This document shows positions 52,090 to 64,000 of a stretch of DNA of 64,000 nt, in pieces. Position numbers and translations under genes: made by a program. Origin of the DNA: Eledone cirrhosa (Eukaryota). The notes below the pieces were generated by a model. That model was not told the origin of the DNA. It ran no database searches and saw only the letters and a list, made by a program, of their open reading frames with translations. Location: positions 357,244,001 through 357,308,000 of the forward strand of contig OZ024742.1 in the NCBI GenBank assembly GCA_964016885.1, written 5' to 3'. Numbering within the stretch: the first letter of the stretch is position 1; every line of letters starts with the position of its first letter.

Positions 52090-55000
52090 TTGGTAGAGGG
52101 TCGGCCACCATGCAAGGGTGGTGGATTGGTAGTATTGGTAGAGGGTAGGACACCATGCTAGGGTGGTGGATTGGTAGTATTGGTAGAGGGTCGGCCACCA
52201 TGCTAGGGCGGTGGCTTGGCAGTGTCGGTAGAGGGTCGGACACCATGCTAGGGTGGTGGTTTGTTAGTATTGGTAGAGGTTATGACACCATGCTAGGGTG
52301 GTGGATTGGTAGTATTGGTAGAGGGTAGGACACCATGCTAGGGTGGTGGATTGGTAGTATTGGTAGAGGGTAGGACACCATGCTAGGGTGGTGGATTTGT
52401 AGTATTGGTAGAGAGTAGGACACCATGTTAGGGTGTTGGATTGGTAGTATTGGTAGAGGGTCGGACACCATGCTAGGGTGGTGGATTGGTAGTGTCGGTA
52501 GAGGGTAGCACACCATGCTAGGGTGGTGGATTGGCAGTATTGGTAGAGAGTAGGACACCATGCTAGGGTGGTGGATTGGTAGTATTTGTAGATAGTAGGA
52601 CACCATGTTAGGGTGGTGGATTGGTAGTATTGGTAGAGGGTAGGACAGCATGCTAGGGTGGTGTATTGGTAGTATTGGTAGAGAGTAGGACACCATGTTA
52701 GGGTGGTGGATTGGCAGTATTGGTAGAGGGTAGGACACTATGCGAGGGTGGTGGATTGGTAGTATTGGTAGAGAGTAGGACACCATGTTAGGGTGGTGGA
52801 TTGGCAGTATTGGTAGAGAGTAGGACACCATGCTAGGGTGTTGATTTGGCAGTATTGGTAGAGAGTAGGACACCATGCTAGGGTGGTGGATTGGTAGTAT
52901 TTGTAGAGGGTCTGACACCATGCTAGGGTGGTGGATTGGTTGTATTGGTAGAGGGCTGGACACCATGCTAGGGTGGTGGATTGCTAGTATTGGCAGAGGG
53001 TTGGACACCATGCTAGGGTGGTGGATTGGCAGTACTGGTAGAGGGATGGAAACCATGCTAGGGTTCTGGATTGGCAGTAATGATAGAGGGTCGGACACCA
53101 TGCTAGGGTAGTGGTTTGGCAGTGTTGGTAGAGGGTCGGCCACCATGCTAGGGTGGTGGATTGGTAGTGTTGGTAGAGAGTAGGACACCATGCTAGGGTG
53201 GTGGATTGGTAGTGTCGGTAGAGAGTAGGACACCATGCTAGGGTGATGGATTGGCAGTATTGGTAGAGAGTTGGACACCATGCTAGGGTGGTGGATTGGT
53301 AGTATTGGTAGAGAGTAGGACACCATGCTAGGGTGGTGGATTGGCAGTATTGGTAGAGGGTTGGACACCATGCTAGGGTCGTGGTTTGGCAGTATTGGTA
53401 GAGGGTCGGACACCATGCTAGGGTGGTGGCTTGGCAGTGTTGGTAGAGTGTCGGACACCATGCTAGGGTGGTGGATTGGCAGTATTGGTAGAGAGTAGGA
53501 CACCATGCTAGGGTGGTGGATTGGTAGTATTGGTAGAGAGTAGGACACCATGTTAGGGTGGTGGATTGGTAGAATTGGTAGAGGGTAGGACACCATGCTA
53601 GGGTGGTGGTTTGGCAGTGTTGGTAGAGGGTCGGCCACCATGCTAGGGTGGTGGATTGGTAGTATTGTTAGAGAGTAGGACACCATGCTAGGGTGGTGGA
53701 TTGGTAGTATTGGTAGAGAGTAGGACACCATGCTAGGGTGGTGGCTTGGCAGTGTCGGTAGAGGGTCAGACACCATGCTAGAGTGGTGGTTTGGTAGTAT
53801 TGGTAGAGGGTATGACACCATGCTAGGGTGGTGGATTGGTAGTATTGGTAGAGAGTAGGACACAATGTTAGGGTGGTGGATTGGTAGTATTGGTAGAGGG
53901 TTGGACACCATGCTAGGGTGGTTGTTTGGTAGTGTCGGTAGAGGGTAGGATAACATGATAGGGTGGTGGATTGGCAGTATTGGTAGAGAGTAGGACACCA
54001 TGCTAGTGTGGTGGATTGGTAGTATTGGTAGAGAGTAGGACACCATGTTAGGGTGGTGGATTGGTAGTATTGGTAGAGGGTAGGACACCATGCAAGGGTG
54101 GTGGATTGGTAGTATTGGTAGAGAGTAGGAGACCATGTTAGGATGGTGGATTGGCAGTATTGGTAGAGGGTAGGACACCATGTTAGGGTGGTGGATTTGT
54201 AGTATTGGTAGAGAGTAGGACACCATGCTAAAGTTTTGGATTGGTAGTGTCGTAGGGTGGTAGATTGGGCAGTATTGGTAGAGAGTAAGACACCATGCTA
54301 GTGTGGTGGATTGGCAGTATTGTTATAGAGTAGCACACAGTATTGTTATAGAGTAGCACACCATTCTAGGGTGGTGGATTGGCAGTGCCGGTAGAGGGTA
54401 GGACACCATGCTAGGTTGGCAGATTGGCAGTATTGGCAGAGGGTAGGACACCATGCTAGCGTGGTGGATTGGTAGTGTCGGTAGAGAGTAGGACACCATG
54501 TTAGGATGGTGCATTGGCAGTATTGGTAGAGGGTAGGACACCATGCGAGGGTGGTGGATTGGTAGTATTGGTAGAGAGTAGGACACCATGCGAGGGTGGT
54601 GGATTGGCAGTATTGGTAGAGAGTAGGACACCATGCTAGGGTGGTGGATTGGTAGTATTGGTAGAGAGTAGGACACCATGCTAGGGTGGTGGATTGGCAG
54701 TATTGGTAGAGGGTTGGACACCATGCTATGGTCGTGGTTTGGCAGTATTGGTAGAGGGTCGGACACCATGCTAGTGTGGTGGCTTGGCAGTGTTGGTAGA
54801 GGGTCGGACACCATGCTAGGGTGGTGGTTTGGTAGTATTGGTAGAGGGTATGACACCATGCTAGGGTGGTGGTTTGGCAATTACGGTAGAGGGTCGGATA
54901 CCATGCTAGGGTGGTGGATTGGCAGTACTGGTGGAGGGTTGCAAACCATGCTAGAGTGGTGAATTGGCACTATTGGTAGAGGGTCGGAGACCATGCTAGG

Positions 55001-58000
55001 GTGGTGGTTTGGTAGTGTTGGTAGAGGGTCGGCCACCATGCTAGGGTGGTGGATTGGTAGTATTGGTAGAGGTTCGGCCACCACGTTAGGGTGGTGGATT
55101 GGCAGTATTGGTAGAGGGTCGGCCACCATGCTAGGGTGGTGGTTTGTTAGTATTGGTAGAGGGTATGACACCATGCTAGGGTGGTGGATTGGTAGTATTG
55201 GTAGAGGATAGGACACCATGCTAGGGTGGTGGATTGGTAGTATTGGTAGAGAGTAGGACACCATGTTAGGGTGGTGGATTGGTAGTATTGGTGGAGTGTC
55301 GGACACCATGCTAGGGTGGTGGATTGGTAGTGTCGGTAGAGGGAAGGACACCATGCTAAGGTGGTGGATTGGCAGTAATGGTAGAGAGTAGGACACCATG
55401 CTAGGGTGGTGGATTGGTAGTATTGTTAGAGAGTAGGACACCATGTTAGGGTGGTGGATTGGTAGTATTGGTAGAGGGTAGGACACCATGCAAGGGTGGT
55501 GGATTGGTAGTATTGGTAGAGAGTAGGACACCATGTTAGGGTACTGGATTGGCAGTATTGGTAGAGGGTAGGACACCATGCTAGGGCGGTGGATTGGTAG
55601 TATTGGTAGAGAGTAGGACACCATGTTAGGGTGGTGGATTTGTAGTATTGGTAGAGAGTAGGACACCATGCTAAAGTGGTGGATTGGTAGTGTCGGTAGA
55701 GGGTAGAACACCACGCTAGGGTGGTAGATTGGCAGTATTGGTAGAGAGTAGGACACCATGCTAGCGTGGTGGATTGGCAGTATTGGTAGAGAGTAGCACA
55801 CCATTCTAGGGTGGTGGATTGGCAGTATTGGTAGAGGTTAGGACACCATGACAGGGTGGTGGATTGGCAGTATTGGTAGAGAGTAGGACACCATGCTAGG
55901 GTGGTGGATTGGCAGTATTGGTAGAGAGTAGGACACCATGCTAGGGTGGTGGATTGGTAGTATTGGTAGAGGGTAGGACACCATGCTAGGGTGGTGGATT
56001 GGCAGTATTGGTAGAGGGTCTGACACCATGCTAGGGTGGTGGATTGGTAGTATTGGTAGAGGGTTGGACACCATGCTAGGGTGGTGGATTGCTAGTATTG
56101 GTAGAGGGTCGGACACCATGCTAGGGTGGTGGATTCGTAGTATTGGTAGAGGGTCGGACACCATGCTAGGGTGGTGGATTGGTAGTATTGGTAGAGAGTA
56201 GGACACCATGCTAGGGTGGTGGATTGGTAGTATTGGTAGAGGGTAGGACACCATGCTAGGGTGGTGAATTGGTAGTATTGGTAGAGGGTAGGACACCATG
56301 CTAGGGTCGTGGTTTGGCAGTATTGGTAGAGGGTCGGACACCATGCTAGGGTGGTGGCTTGGCAGTGTTGGTAGAGTGTCGGACACCATGCTAGTGTGGT
56401 GGTTTGGCAGTATTGTTAGAGGGTATGACATCATGCTAGGGTGGTGGATTGGTAGTATTGGTAGAGGGTAGGACACCATGCTAGGGTGGTGGATTGGTAG
56501 TATTGGTAGAGAGTAGGACACCATGTTAGGGTGGTGGATTGGTAGCATTGGTAGAGGGTCGGACACCATGCTAGGGTGGTGGATTGGTAGTGTAGGTAGA
56601 GGGTAGGACACCATGATAGGGTGGGGGATTGGCAGTATTGGTAGAGAGTAGGACACCATGCTAGGGTGGTGGATTGGCAGTATTGGTAGAGGGTCGGCCA
56701 CCATGCAAGGGTGGTGGATTGGTAGTATTGGTAGAGGGTAGGACACCATGCTAGGGTGGTGGATTGGTAGTATTGGTAGAGGGTCGGCCACCATGCTAGG
56801 GCGGTGGCTTGGCAGTGTCGGTAGAGGGTCGGACACCATGCTAGGGTGGTGGTTTGTTAGTATTGGTAGAGGTTATGACACCATGCTAGGGTGGTGGATT
56901 GGTAGTATTGGTAGAGGGTAGGACACCATGCTAGGGTGGTGGATTGGTAGTATTGGTAGAGGGTAGGACACCATGCTAGGGTGGTGGATTTGTAGTATTG
57001 GTAGAGAGTAGGACACCATGTTAGGGTGTTGGATTGGTAGTATTGGTAGAGGGTCGGACACCATGCTAGGGTGGTGGATTGGTAGTGTCGGTAGAGGGTA
57101 GCACACCATGCTAGGGTGGTGGATTGGCAGTATTGGTAGAGAGTAGGACACCATGCTAGGGTGGTGGATTGGTAGTATTTGTAGATAGTAGGACACCATG
57201 TTAGGGTGGTGGATTGGTAGTATTGGTAGAGGGTAGGACAGCATGCTAGGGTGGTGTATTGGTAGTATTGGTAGAGAGTAGGACACCATGTTAGGGTGGT
57301 GGATTGGCAGTATTGGTAGAGGGTAGGACACTATGCGAGGGTGGTGGATTGGTAGTATTGGTAGAGAGTAGGACACCATGTTAGGGTGGTGGATTGGCAG
57401 TATTGGTAGAGAGTAGGACACCATGCTAGGGTGTTGATTTGGCAGTATTGGTAGAGAGTAGGACACCATGCTAGGGTGGTGGATTGGTAGTATTTGTAGA
57501 GGGTCTGACACCATGCTAGGGTGGTGGATTGGTTGTATTGGTAGAGGGCTGGACACCATGCTAGGGTGGTGGATTGCTAGTATTGGCAGAGGGTTGGACA
57601 CCATGCTAGGGTGGTGGATTGGCAGTACTGGTAGAGGGATGGAAACCATGCTAGGGTTCTGGATTGGCAGTAATGATAGAGGGTCGGACACCATGCTAGG
57701 GTAGTGGTTTGGCAGTGTTGGTAGAGGGTCGGCCACCATGCTAGGGTGGTGGATTGGTAGTGTTGGTAGAGAGTAGGACACCATGCTAGGGTGGTGGATT
57801 GGTAGTGTCGGTAGAGAGTAGGACACCATGCTAGGGTGATGGATTGGCAGTATTGGTAGAGAGTTGGACACCATGCTAGGGTGGTGGATTGGTAGTATTG
57901 GTAGAGAGTAGGACACCATGCTAGGGTGGTGGATTGGCAGTATTGGTAGAGGGTTGGACACCATGCTAGGGTCGTGGTTTGGCAGTATTGGTAGAGGGTC

Positions 58001-61000
58001 GGACACCATGCTAGGGTGGTGGCTTGGCAGTGTTGGTAGAGTGTCGGACACCATGCTAGGGTGGTGGATTGGCAGTATTGGTAGAGAGTAGGACACCATG
58101 CTAGGGTGGTGGATTGGTAGTATTGGTAGAGAGTAGGACACCATGTTAGGGTGGTGGATTGGTAGAATTGGTAGAGGGTAGGACACCATGCTAGGGTGGT
58201 GGTTTGGCAGTGTTGGTAGAGGGTCGGCCACCATGCTAGGGTGGTGGATTGGTAGTATTGTTAGAGAGTAGGACACCATGCTAGGGTGGTGGATTGGTAG
58301 TATTGGTAGAGAGTAGGACACCATGCTAGGGTGGTGGCTTGGCAGTGTCGGTAGAGGGTCAGACACCATGCTAGAGTGGTGGTTTGGTAGTATTGGTAGA
58401 GGGTATGACACCATGCTAGGGTGGTGGATTGGTAGTATTGGTAGAGAGTAGGACACAATGTTAGGGTGGTGGATTGGTAGTATTGGTAGAGGGTTGGACA
58501 CCATGCTAGGGTGGTTGTTTGGTAGTGTCGGTAGAGGGTAGGATAACATGATAGGGTGGTGGATTGGCAGTATTGGTAGAGAGTAGGACACCATGCTAGT
58601 GTGGTGGATTGGTAGTATTGGTAGAGAGTAGGACACCATGTTAGGGTGGTGGATTGGTAGTATTGGTAGAGGGTAGGACACCATGCAAGGGTGGTGGATT
58701 GGTAGTATTGGTAGAGAGTAGGAGACCATGTTAGGATGGTGGATTGGCAGTATTGGTAGAGGGTAGGACACCATGTTAGGGTGGTGGATTTGTAGTATTG
58801 GTAGAGAGTAGGACACCATGCTAAAGTTTTGGATTGGTAGTGTCGTAGGGTGGTAGATTGGGCAGTATTGGTAGAGAGTAAGACACCATGCTAGTGTGGT
58901 GGATTGGCAGTATTGTTATAGAGTAGCACACAGTATTGTTATAGAGTAGCACACCATTCTAGGGTGGTGGATTGGCAGTGCCGGTAGAGGGTAGGACACC
59001 ATGCTAGGTTGGCAGATTGGCAGTATTGGCAGAGGGTAGGACACCATGCTAGCGTGGTGGATTGGTAGTGTCGGTAGAGAGTAGGACACCATGTTAGGAT
59101 GGTGCATTGGCAGTATTGGTAGAGGGTAGGACACCATGCGAGGGTGGTGGATTGGTAGTATTGGTAGAGAGTAGGACACCATGCGAGGGTGGTGGATTGG
59201 CAGTATTGGTAGAGAGTAGGACACCATGCTAGGGTGGTGGATTGGTAGTATTGGTAGAGAGTAGGACACCATGCTAGCGTGGTGGATTGGCAGTATTGGT
59301 AGAGGGTTGGACACCATGCTATGGTCGTGGTTTGGCAGTATTGGTAGAGGGTCGGACACCATGCTAGTGTGGTGGCTTGGCAGTGTTGGTAGAGGGTCGG
59401 ACACCATGCTAGGGTGGTGGTTTGGTAGTATTGGTAGAGGGTATGACACCATGCTAGGGTGGTGGTTTGGCAATTACGGTAGAGGGTCGGATACCATGCT
59501 AGGGTGGTGGATTGGCAGTACTGGTGGAGGGTTGCAAACCATGCTAGAGTGGTGAATTGGCACTATTGGTAGAGGGTCGGAGACCATGCTAGGGTGGTGG
59601 TTTGGTAGTGTTGGTAGAGGGTCGGCCACCATGCTAGGGTGGTGGATTGGTAGTATTGGTAGAGGTTCGGCCACCACGTTAGGGTGGTGGATTGGCAGTA
59701 TTGGTAGAGGGTCGGCCACCATGCTAGGGTGGTGGTTTGTTAGTATTGGTAGAGGGTATGACACCATGCTAGGGTGGTGGATTGGTAGTATTGGTAGAGG
59801 ATAGGACACCATGCTAGGGTGGTGGATTGGTAGTATTGGTAGAGAGTAGGACACCATGTTAGGGTGGTGGATTGGTAGTATTGGTGGAGTGTCGGACACC
59901 ATGCTAGGGTGGTGGATTGGTAGTGTCGGTAGAGGGAAGGACACCATGCTAAGGTGGTGGATTGGCAGTAATGGTAGAGAGTAGGACACCATGCTAGGGT
60001 GGTGGATTGGTAGTATTGTTAGAGAGTAGGACACCATGTTAGGGTGGTGGATTGGTAGTATTGGTAGAGGGTAGGACACCATGCAAGGGTGGTGGATTGG
60101 TAGTATTGGTAGAGAGTAGGACACCATGTTAGGGTACTGGATTGGCAGTATTGGTAGAGGGTAGGACACCATGCTAGGGCGGTGGATTGGTAGTATTGGT
60201 AGAGAGTAGGACACCATGTTAGGGTGGTGGATTTGTAGTATTGGTAGAGAGTAGGACACCATGCTAAAGTGGTGGATTGGTAGTGTCGGTAGAGGGTAGA
60301 ACACCACGCTAGGGTGGTAGATTGGCAGTATTGGTAGAGAGTAGGACACCATGCTAGCGTGGTGGATTGGCAGTATTGGTAGAGAGTAGCACACCATTCT
60401 AGGGTGGTGGATTGGCAGTATTGGTAGAGGTTAGGACACCATGACAGGGTGGTGGATTGGCAGTATTGGTAGAGAGTAGGACACCATGCTAGGGTGGTGG
60501 ATTGGCAGTATTGGTAGAGAGTAGGACACCATGCTAGGGTGGTGGATTGGTAGTATTGGTAGAGGGTAGGACACCATGCTAGGGTGGTGGATTGGCAGTA
60601 TTGGTAGAGGGTCTGACACCATGCTAGGGTGGTGGATTGGTAGTATTGGTAGAGGGTTGGACACCATGCTAGGGTGGTGGATTGCTAGTATTGGTAGAGG
60701 GTCGGACACCATGCTAGGGTGGTGGATTCGTAGTATTGGTAGAGGGTCGGACACCATGCTAGGGTGGTGGATTGGTAGTATTGGTAGAGAGTAGGACACC
60801 ATGCTAGGGTGGTGGATTGGTAGTATTGGTAGAGGGTAGGACACCATGCTAGGGTGGTGAATTGGTAGTATTGGTAGAGGGTAGGACACCATGCTAGGGT
60901 CGTGGTTTGGCAGTATTGGTAGAGGGTCGGACACCATGCTAGGGTGGTGGCTTGGCAGTGTTGGTAGAGTGTCGGACACCATGCTAGTGTGGTGGTTTGG

Positions 61001-61250
61001 CAGTATTGTTAGAGGGTATGACATCATGCTAGGGTGGTGGATTGGTAGTATTGGTAGAGGGTAGGACACCATGCTAGGGTGGTGGATTGGTAGTATTGGT
61101 AGAGAGTAGGACACCATGTTAGGGTGGTGGATTGGTAGCATTGGTAGAGGGTCGGACACCATGCTAGGGTGGTGGATTGGTAGTGTAGGTAGAGGGTAGG
61201 ACACCATGATAGGGTGGGGGATTGGCAGTATTGGTAGAGAGTAGGACACC
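52090..61250 (+). repeat. Higher-order tandem duplication, period 4593 bp (102 monomers + 3 bp)
   Basis: ORFs 52280..54226 and 56873..58819, and 54881..55804 and 59474..60397, have matching translations at +4593. The compound indel starts in monomers at 54219 and 58812. Confidence 0.95.
54315..54360 (+). repeat. 23-bp direct tandem duplication CAGTATTGTTATAGAGTAGCACA x2; also at 58908-58953 and 62060-62105
   Basis: Read directly from the sequence. The third copy carries one G>T change in its second unit. Confidence 0.95.
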
Positions 61251-64000
61251 ATGCTAGGGTGGTGGATTGGTAGTATTGGTAGAGAGTAGGACACCATGTT
61301 AGGGTGGTGGATTGGTAGAATTGGTAGAGGGTAGGACACCATGCTAGGGTGGTGGTTTGGTAGTGTTGGTAGAGGGTCGGCCACCATGCTAGGGTGGTGG
61401 ATTGGTAGTATTGTTAGAGAGTAGGACACCATGCTAGGGTGGTGGATTGGTAGTATTGGTAGAGAGTAGGACACCATGCTGGGTGGTGGCTTGGCAGTGT
61501 CGGTAGAGGGTCAGACACCATGCTAGAGTGGTGGTTTGGTAGTATTGGGAGAGGGTATGACACCATGCTAGGGTGGTGGATTGGTAGTATTGGTAGAGAG
61601 TAGGACACCATGCTAGGGTGGTGGATTGGTAGTATTGGTAGAGGGTTGGACACCATGCTAGGGTGGTTGTTTGGTAGTGTCGGTAGAGGGTAGGATAACA
61701 TGATAGGGTGGTGGATTGGCAGTATTGGTAGAGAGTCGGACACCATGCTAGTGTGGTGGATTGGTAGTATTGGTAGAGAGTAGGACACCATGTTAGGGTG
61801 GTGGATTGGTAGTATTGGTAGAGGGTAGGACACCATGCAAGGGTGGTGGATTGGTAGTATTGGTAGAGAGTAGGAGACCACGTTAGGGTGGTGGATTGGC
61901 AGTATTGGTAGAGGGTAGGACACCATGTTAGGGTGGTGGATTTGTAGTATTGGTAGAGAGTAGGACACCATGCTAAAGTTTTGGATTGGTAGTGTCGTAG
62001 GGTGGTAGATTGGGCAGTATTGGTAGAGAGTAAGACACCATGCTAGTGTGGTGGATTGGCAGTATTGTTATAGAGTAGCACACAGTATTGTTATAGATTA
62101 GCACACCATTCTAGGGTGGTGGATTGGCAGTGCCGGTAGAGGGTAGGACACCATGCTAGGTTGGCAGATTGGCAGTATTGGCAGAGGGTAGGACACCATG
62201 CTAGCATGGTGGATTGGTAGTGTCGGTAGAGAGTAGGACACCATGTTAGGATGGTGCATTGGCAGTATTGGTAGAGGGTAGGACACCATGCGAGGGTGGT
62301 GGATTGGTAGTATTTGTAGAGAGTAGGACACCATGCGAGGGTGGTGGATTGGCAGTATTGGTAGAGAGTAGGACACCATGCTAGGGTGGTGGATTGGTAG
62401 TATTGGTAGAGAGTAGGACACCATGCTAGGGTGGTGGATTGGCAGTATTGGTAGAGGGTTGGACACCATGCTATGGTCGTGGTTTGGCAGTATTGGTAGA
62501 GGGTCGGACACCATGCTAGTGTGGTGGCTTGGCAGTGTTGGTAGAGGGTCGGACACCATGCTAGGGTGGTGGTTTGGTAGTATTGGTAGAGGGTATGACA
62601 CCATGCTAGGGTGGTGGTTTGGCAATTACGGTAGAGGGTCGGATACCATGCTAGGGTGGTGGATTGGCAGTACTGGTGGAGGGTTGCAAACCATGCTAGA
62701 GTGGTGAATTGGCACTATTGGTAGAGGGTCGGAGACCATGCTAGGGTGGTGGTTTGGTAGTGTTGGTAGAGGGTCGGCCACCATGCTAGGGTGGTGGATT
62801 GGTAGTATTGGTAGAGGTTCGGCCACCATGTTAGGGTGGTGGATTGGCAGTATTGGTAGAGGGTCGGCCACCATGCTAGGGTGGTGGTTTGTTAGTATTG
62901 GTAGAGGGTATGACACCATGCTAGGGTGGTGGATTGGTAGTATTGGTAGAGGGTAGGACACCATGCTAGGGTGGTGGATTGGTAGTATTGGTAGAGAGTA
63001 GGACACCATGTTAGGGTGGTGGATTGGTAGTATTGGTGGAGTGTCGGACACCATGCTAGGGTGGTGGATTGGTAGTGTCGGTAGAGGGAAGGACACCATG
63101 CTAGGGTGGTGGATTGGCAGTAATGGTAGAGAGTAGGACACCATGCTAGGGTGGTGGATTGGTAGTATTGTTAGAGAGTAGGACACCATGTTAGGGTGGT
63201 GGATTGGTAGTATTGGTAGAGGGTAGGACACCATGCAAGGGTGGTGGATTGGTAGTATTGGTAGAGAGTAGGACACCATGTTAGGGTGCTGGATTGGCAG
63301 TATTGGTAGAGGGTAGGACACCATGCTAGGGTGGTGGATTGGTAGTATTGGTAGAGAGTAGGACACCATGTTAGGGTGGTGGATTTGTAGTATTGGTAGA
63401 GAGTAGGACACCATGCTAAAGTGGTGGATTGGTAGTGTCGGTAGAGGGTAGAACACCACGCTAGGGTGGTAGATTGGCAGTATTGGTAGAGAGTAGGACA
63501 CCATGCTAGCGTGGTGGATTGGCAGTATTGGTAGAGAGTAGCACACCATTCTAGGGTGGTGGATTGGCAGTATTGGTAGAGGTTAGGACACCATGACAGG
63601 GTGGTGGATTGGCAGTATTGGTAGAGAGTAGGACACCATGCTAGGGTGGTGGATTGGCAGTATTGGTAGAGAGTAGGACACCATGCTAGGGTGGTGGATT
63701 GGTAGTATTGGTAGAGGGTAGGACACCATGCTAGGGTGGTGGATTGGCAGTATTGGTAGAGGGTCTGACACCATGCTAGGGTGGTGGATTGGTAGTATTG
63801 GTAGAGGGTTGGACACCATGCTAGGGTGGTGGATTGCTAGTATTGGTAGAGGGTCGGACACCATGCTAGGGTGGTGGATTCGTAGTATTGGTAGAGGGTC
63901 GGACACCATGCTAGGGTGGTGGATTGGTAGTATTGGTAGAGAGTAGGACACCATGCTAGGGTGGTGGATTGGTAGCATTGGTAGAGGGTAGGACACCATG
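61250..64000 (+). repeat. Third copy of the 102-mer unit, 32 monomers shorter (offset 3152-3153 bp, 70 monomers)
   Basis: After the gatagggtggggg marker (~61208, equivalent to ~56615) the array resumes at the ggtagaattgg marker (~61314, equivalent to 58161). The compound indel recurs in the monomer at 61964. ORF 62626 mirrors ORF 59474 at +3152. Confidence 0.9.

Larger units (their letters stand above)
8081..63999 (-). other. Repeat-derived open frames (MVSYPLPILPIHHPS)n and (WCPTLYQYYQSTTLA)n; probably not genes
   Basis: The 45-bp monomer has no stop in two minus-strand frames. ORFs switch frame at 1-bp indels and end at Tyr TAC>TAA changes (17904, 19973, 26005, 43553, 44588, 47557, 49223, 52280, 55838, 56873, 60431, 63583). 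No non-repetitive termini or domains. Confidence refers to the non-coding reading. Confidence 0.8.
1..64000 (+). repeat. 45-bp tandem satellite array, about 1,422 monomers, truncated by both window edges
   Basis: Consensus GACACCATGCTAGGGTGGTGGATTGGTAGTATTGGTAGAGGGTAG recurs at 1, 46, 91 and so on. The last monomer starts at 63992 = 1 + 1422x45 + 1, which matches the net +1 from all indels I traced. No inversions or foreign inserts seen. Consensus composition G19/T12/A10/C4. Common variants: C10T, T27C, A31G+T33C, G41A, A44C, A2C. Confidence 0.99.

Noticed and set aside
9255-61485. Programmed frameshifting or phase variation at the 1-bp indels joining the MVSY and WCPT frames
   Set aside because: There are no slippery heptamers or long homopolymers. 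The singleton -1 events (~9259, 16841, 18520, 45560, 49753, 51651, 61480) look like ordinary slippage or sequencing error.
11571-63946. Short + strand ORFs (MLGWWIGSIGRGSDT)n and perfect Kozak-like GCCACCATG motifs
   Set aside because: The ORFs appear only where several consecutive monomers have lost the consensus TAG at positions 43-45. GCCACCATG is a single A2C substitution of the consensus and is usually followed by a stop after 12 codons.
8081-63999. Giant Pro/His-rich repeat protein (extensin-, amelogenin- or mucin-like) on the minus strand
   Set aside because: The common variants are not concentrated at silent sites of one frame. T27C is silent in the MVSY frame, G41A and A44C are silent only in the WCPT frame, and C10T changes the residue in both. 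Stops and frameshifts are propagated by duplications. Residual doubt for the left end is recorded as a finding.
1-64000. CRISPR array or CRISPR-like repeat-spacer system (partly palindromic repeat at regular spacing)
   Set aside because: The 27 bp between dyads is as conserved as the dyad itself. There are no unique spacers, no leader and no cas genes.
1-64000. Stop-codon reassignment: the third minus frame reads GVLPSTNTTNPPP*H (mucin-like, N-T-T sequon) and C10T toggles its stop between TAG and TAA, which would be silent Gln in translation table 6
   Set aside because: A real Gln site should also show CAG/CAA variants (+ strand gctgggg or gttgggg), which I did not see. Other variants give TGG, TTG, TCG, TAT or AAA, and the other frequent polymorphisms are non-silent in this frame.
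1-64000. Telomerase-synthesised repeat, synthetic concatemer or rolling-circle artefact
   Set aside because: Variants are inherited in hierarchical multi-kb blocks with different periods. This fits recombination-driven evolution of a genomic array, not repeated copying from one template.

Overview
The whole 64-kb window is one uninterrupted head-to-tail tandem array of a 45-bp monomer, consensus GACACCATGCTAGGGTGGTGGATTGGTAGTATTGGTAGAGGGTAG. It holds about 1,422 copies in a single orientation and runs off both edges. I found no unique sequence, spacers, RNA genes, transposon insertions or credible genes. The long (MVSYPLPILPIHHPS)n and (WCPTLYQYYQSTTLA)n minus-strand ORFs are best explained by a stop-free monomer whose length is a multiple of 3: they are broken by frameshifts and TAA stops, some copied along with array duplications, and no frame is clearly favoured by silent changes. 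The monomer is strongly G-skewed (19 G vs 4 C), splits into five 9-bp subunits and carries an 18-bp quasi-palindrome centred on CTAG that several recurrent variants improve or perfect. Variant order records nested tandem duplications of 14, 16, 22, 46-50, 70, 77, 87 and 102 monomers, plus a compound indel (-21/+1/+23 bp) copied three times. This looks like eukaryotic satellite DNA, possibly subtelomeric or heterochromatic. The host cannot be identified from the sequence, and I cannot support a new gene system here; the best leads are structural.
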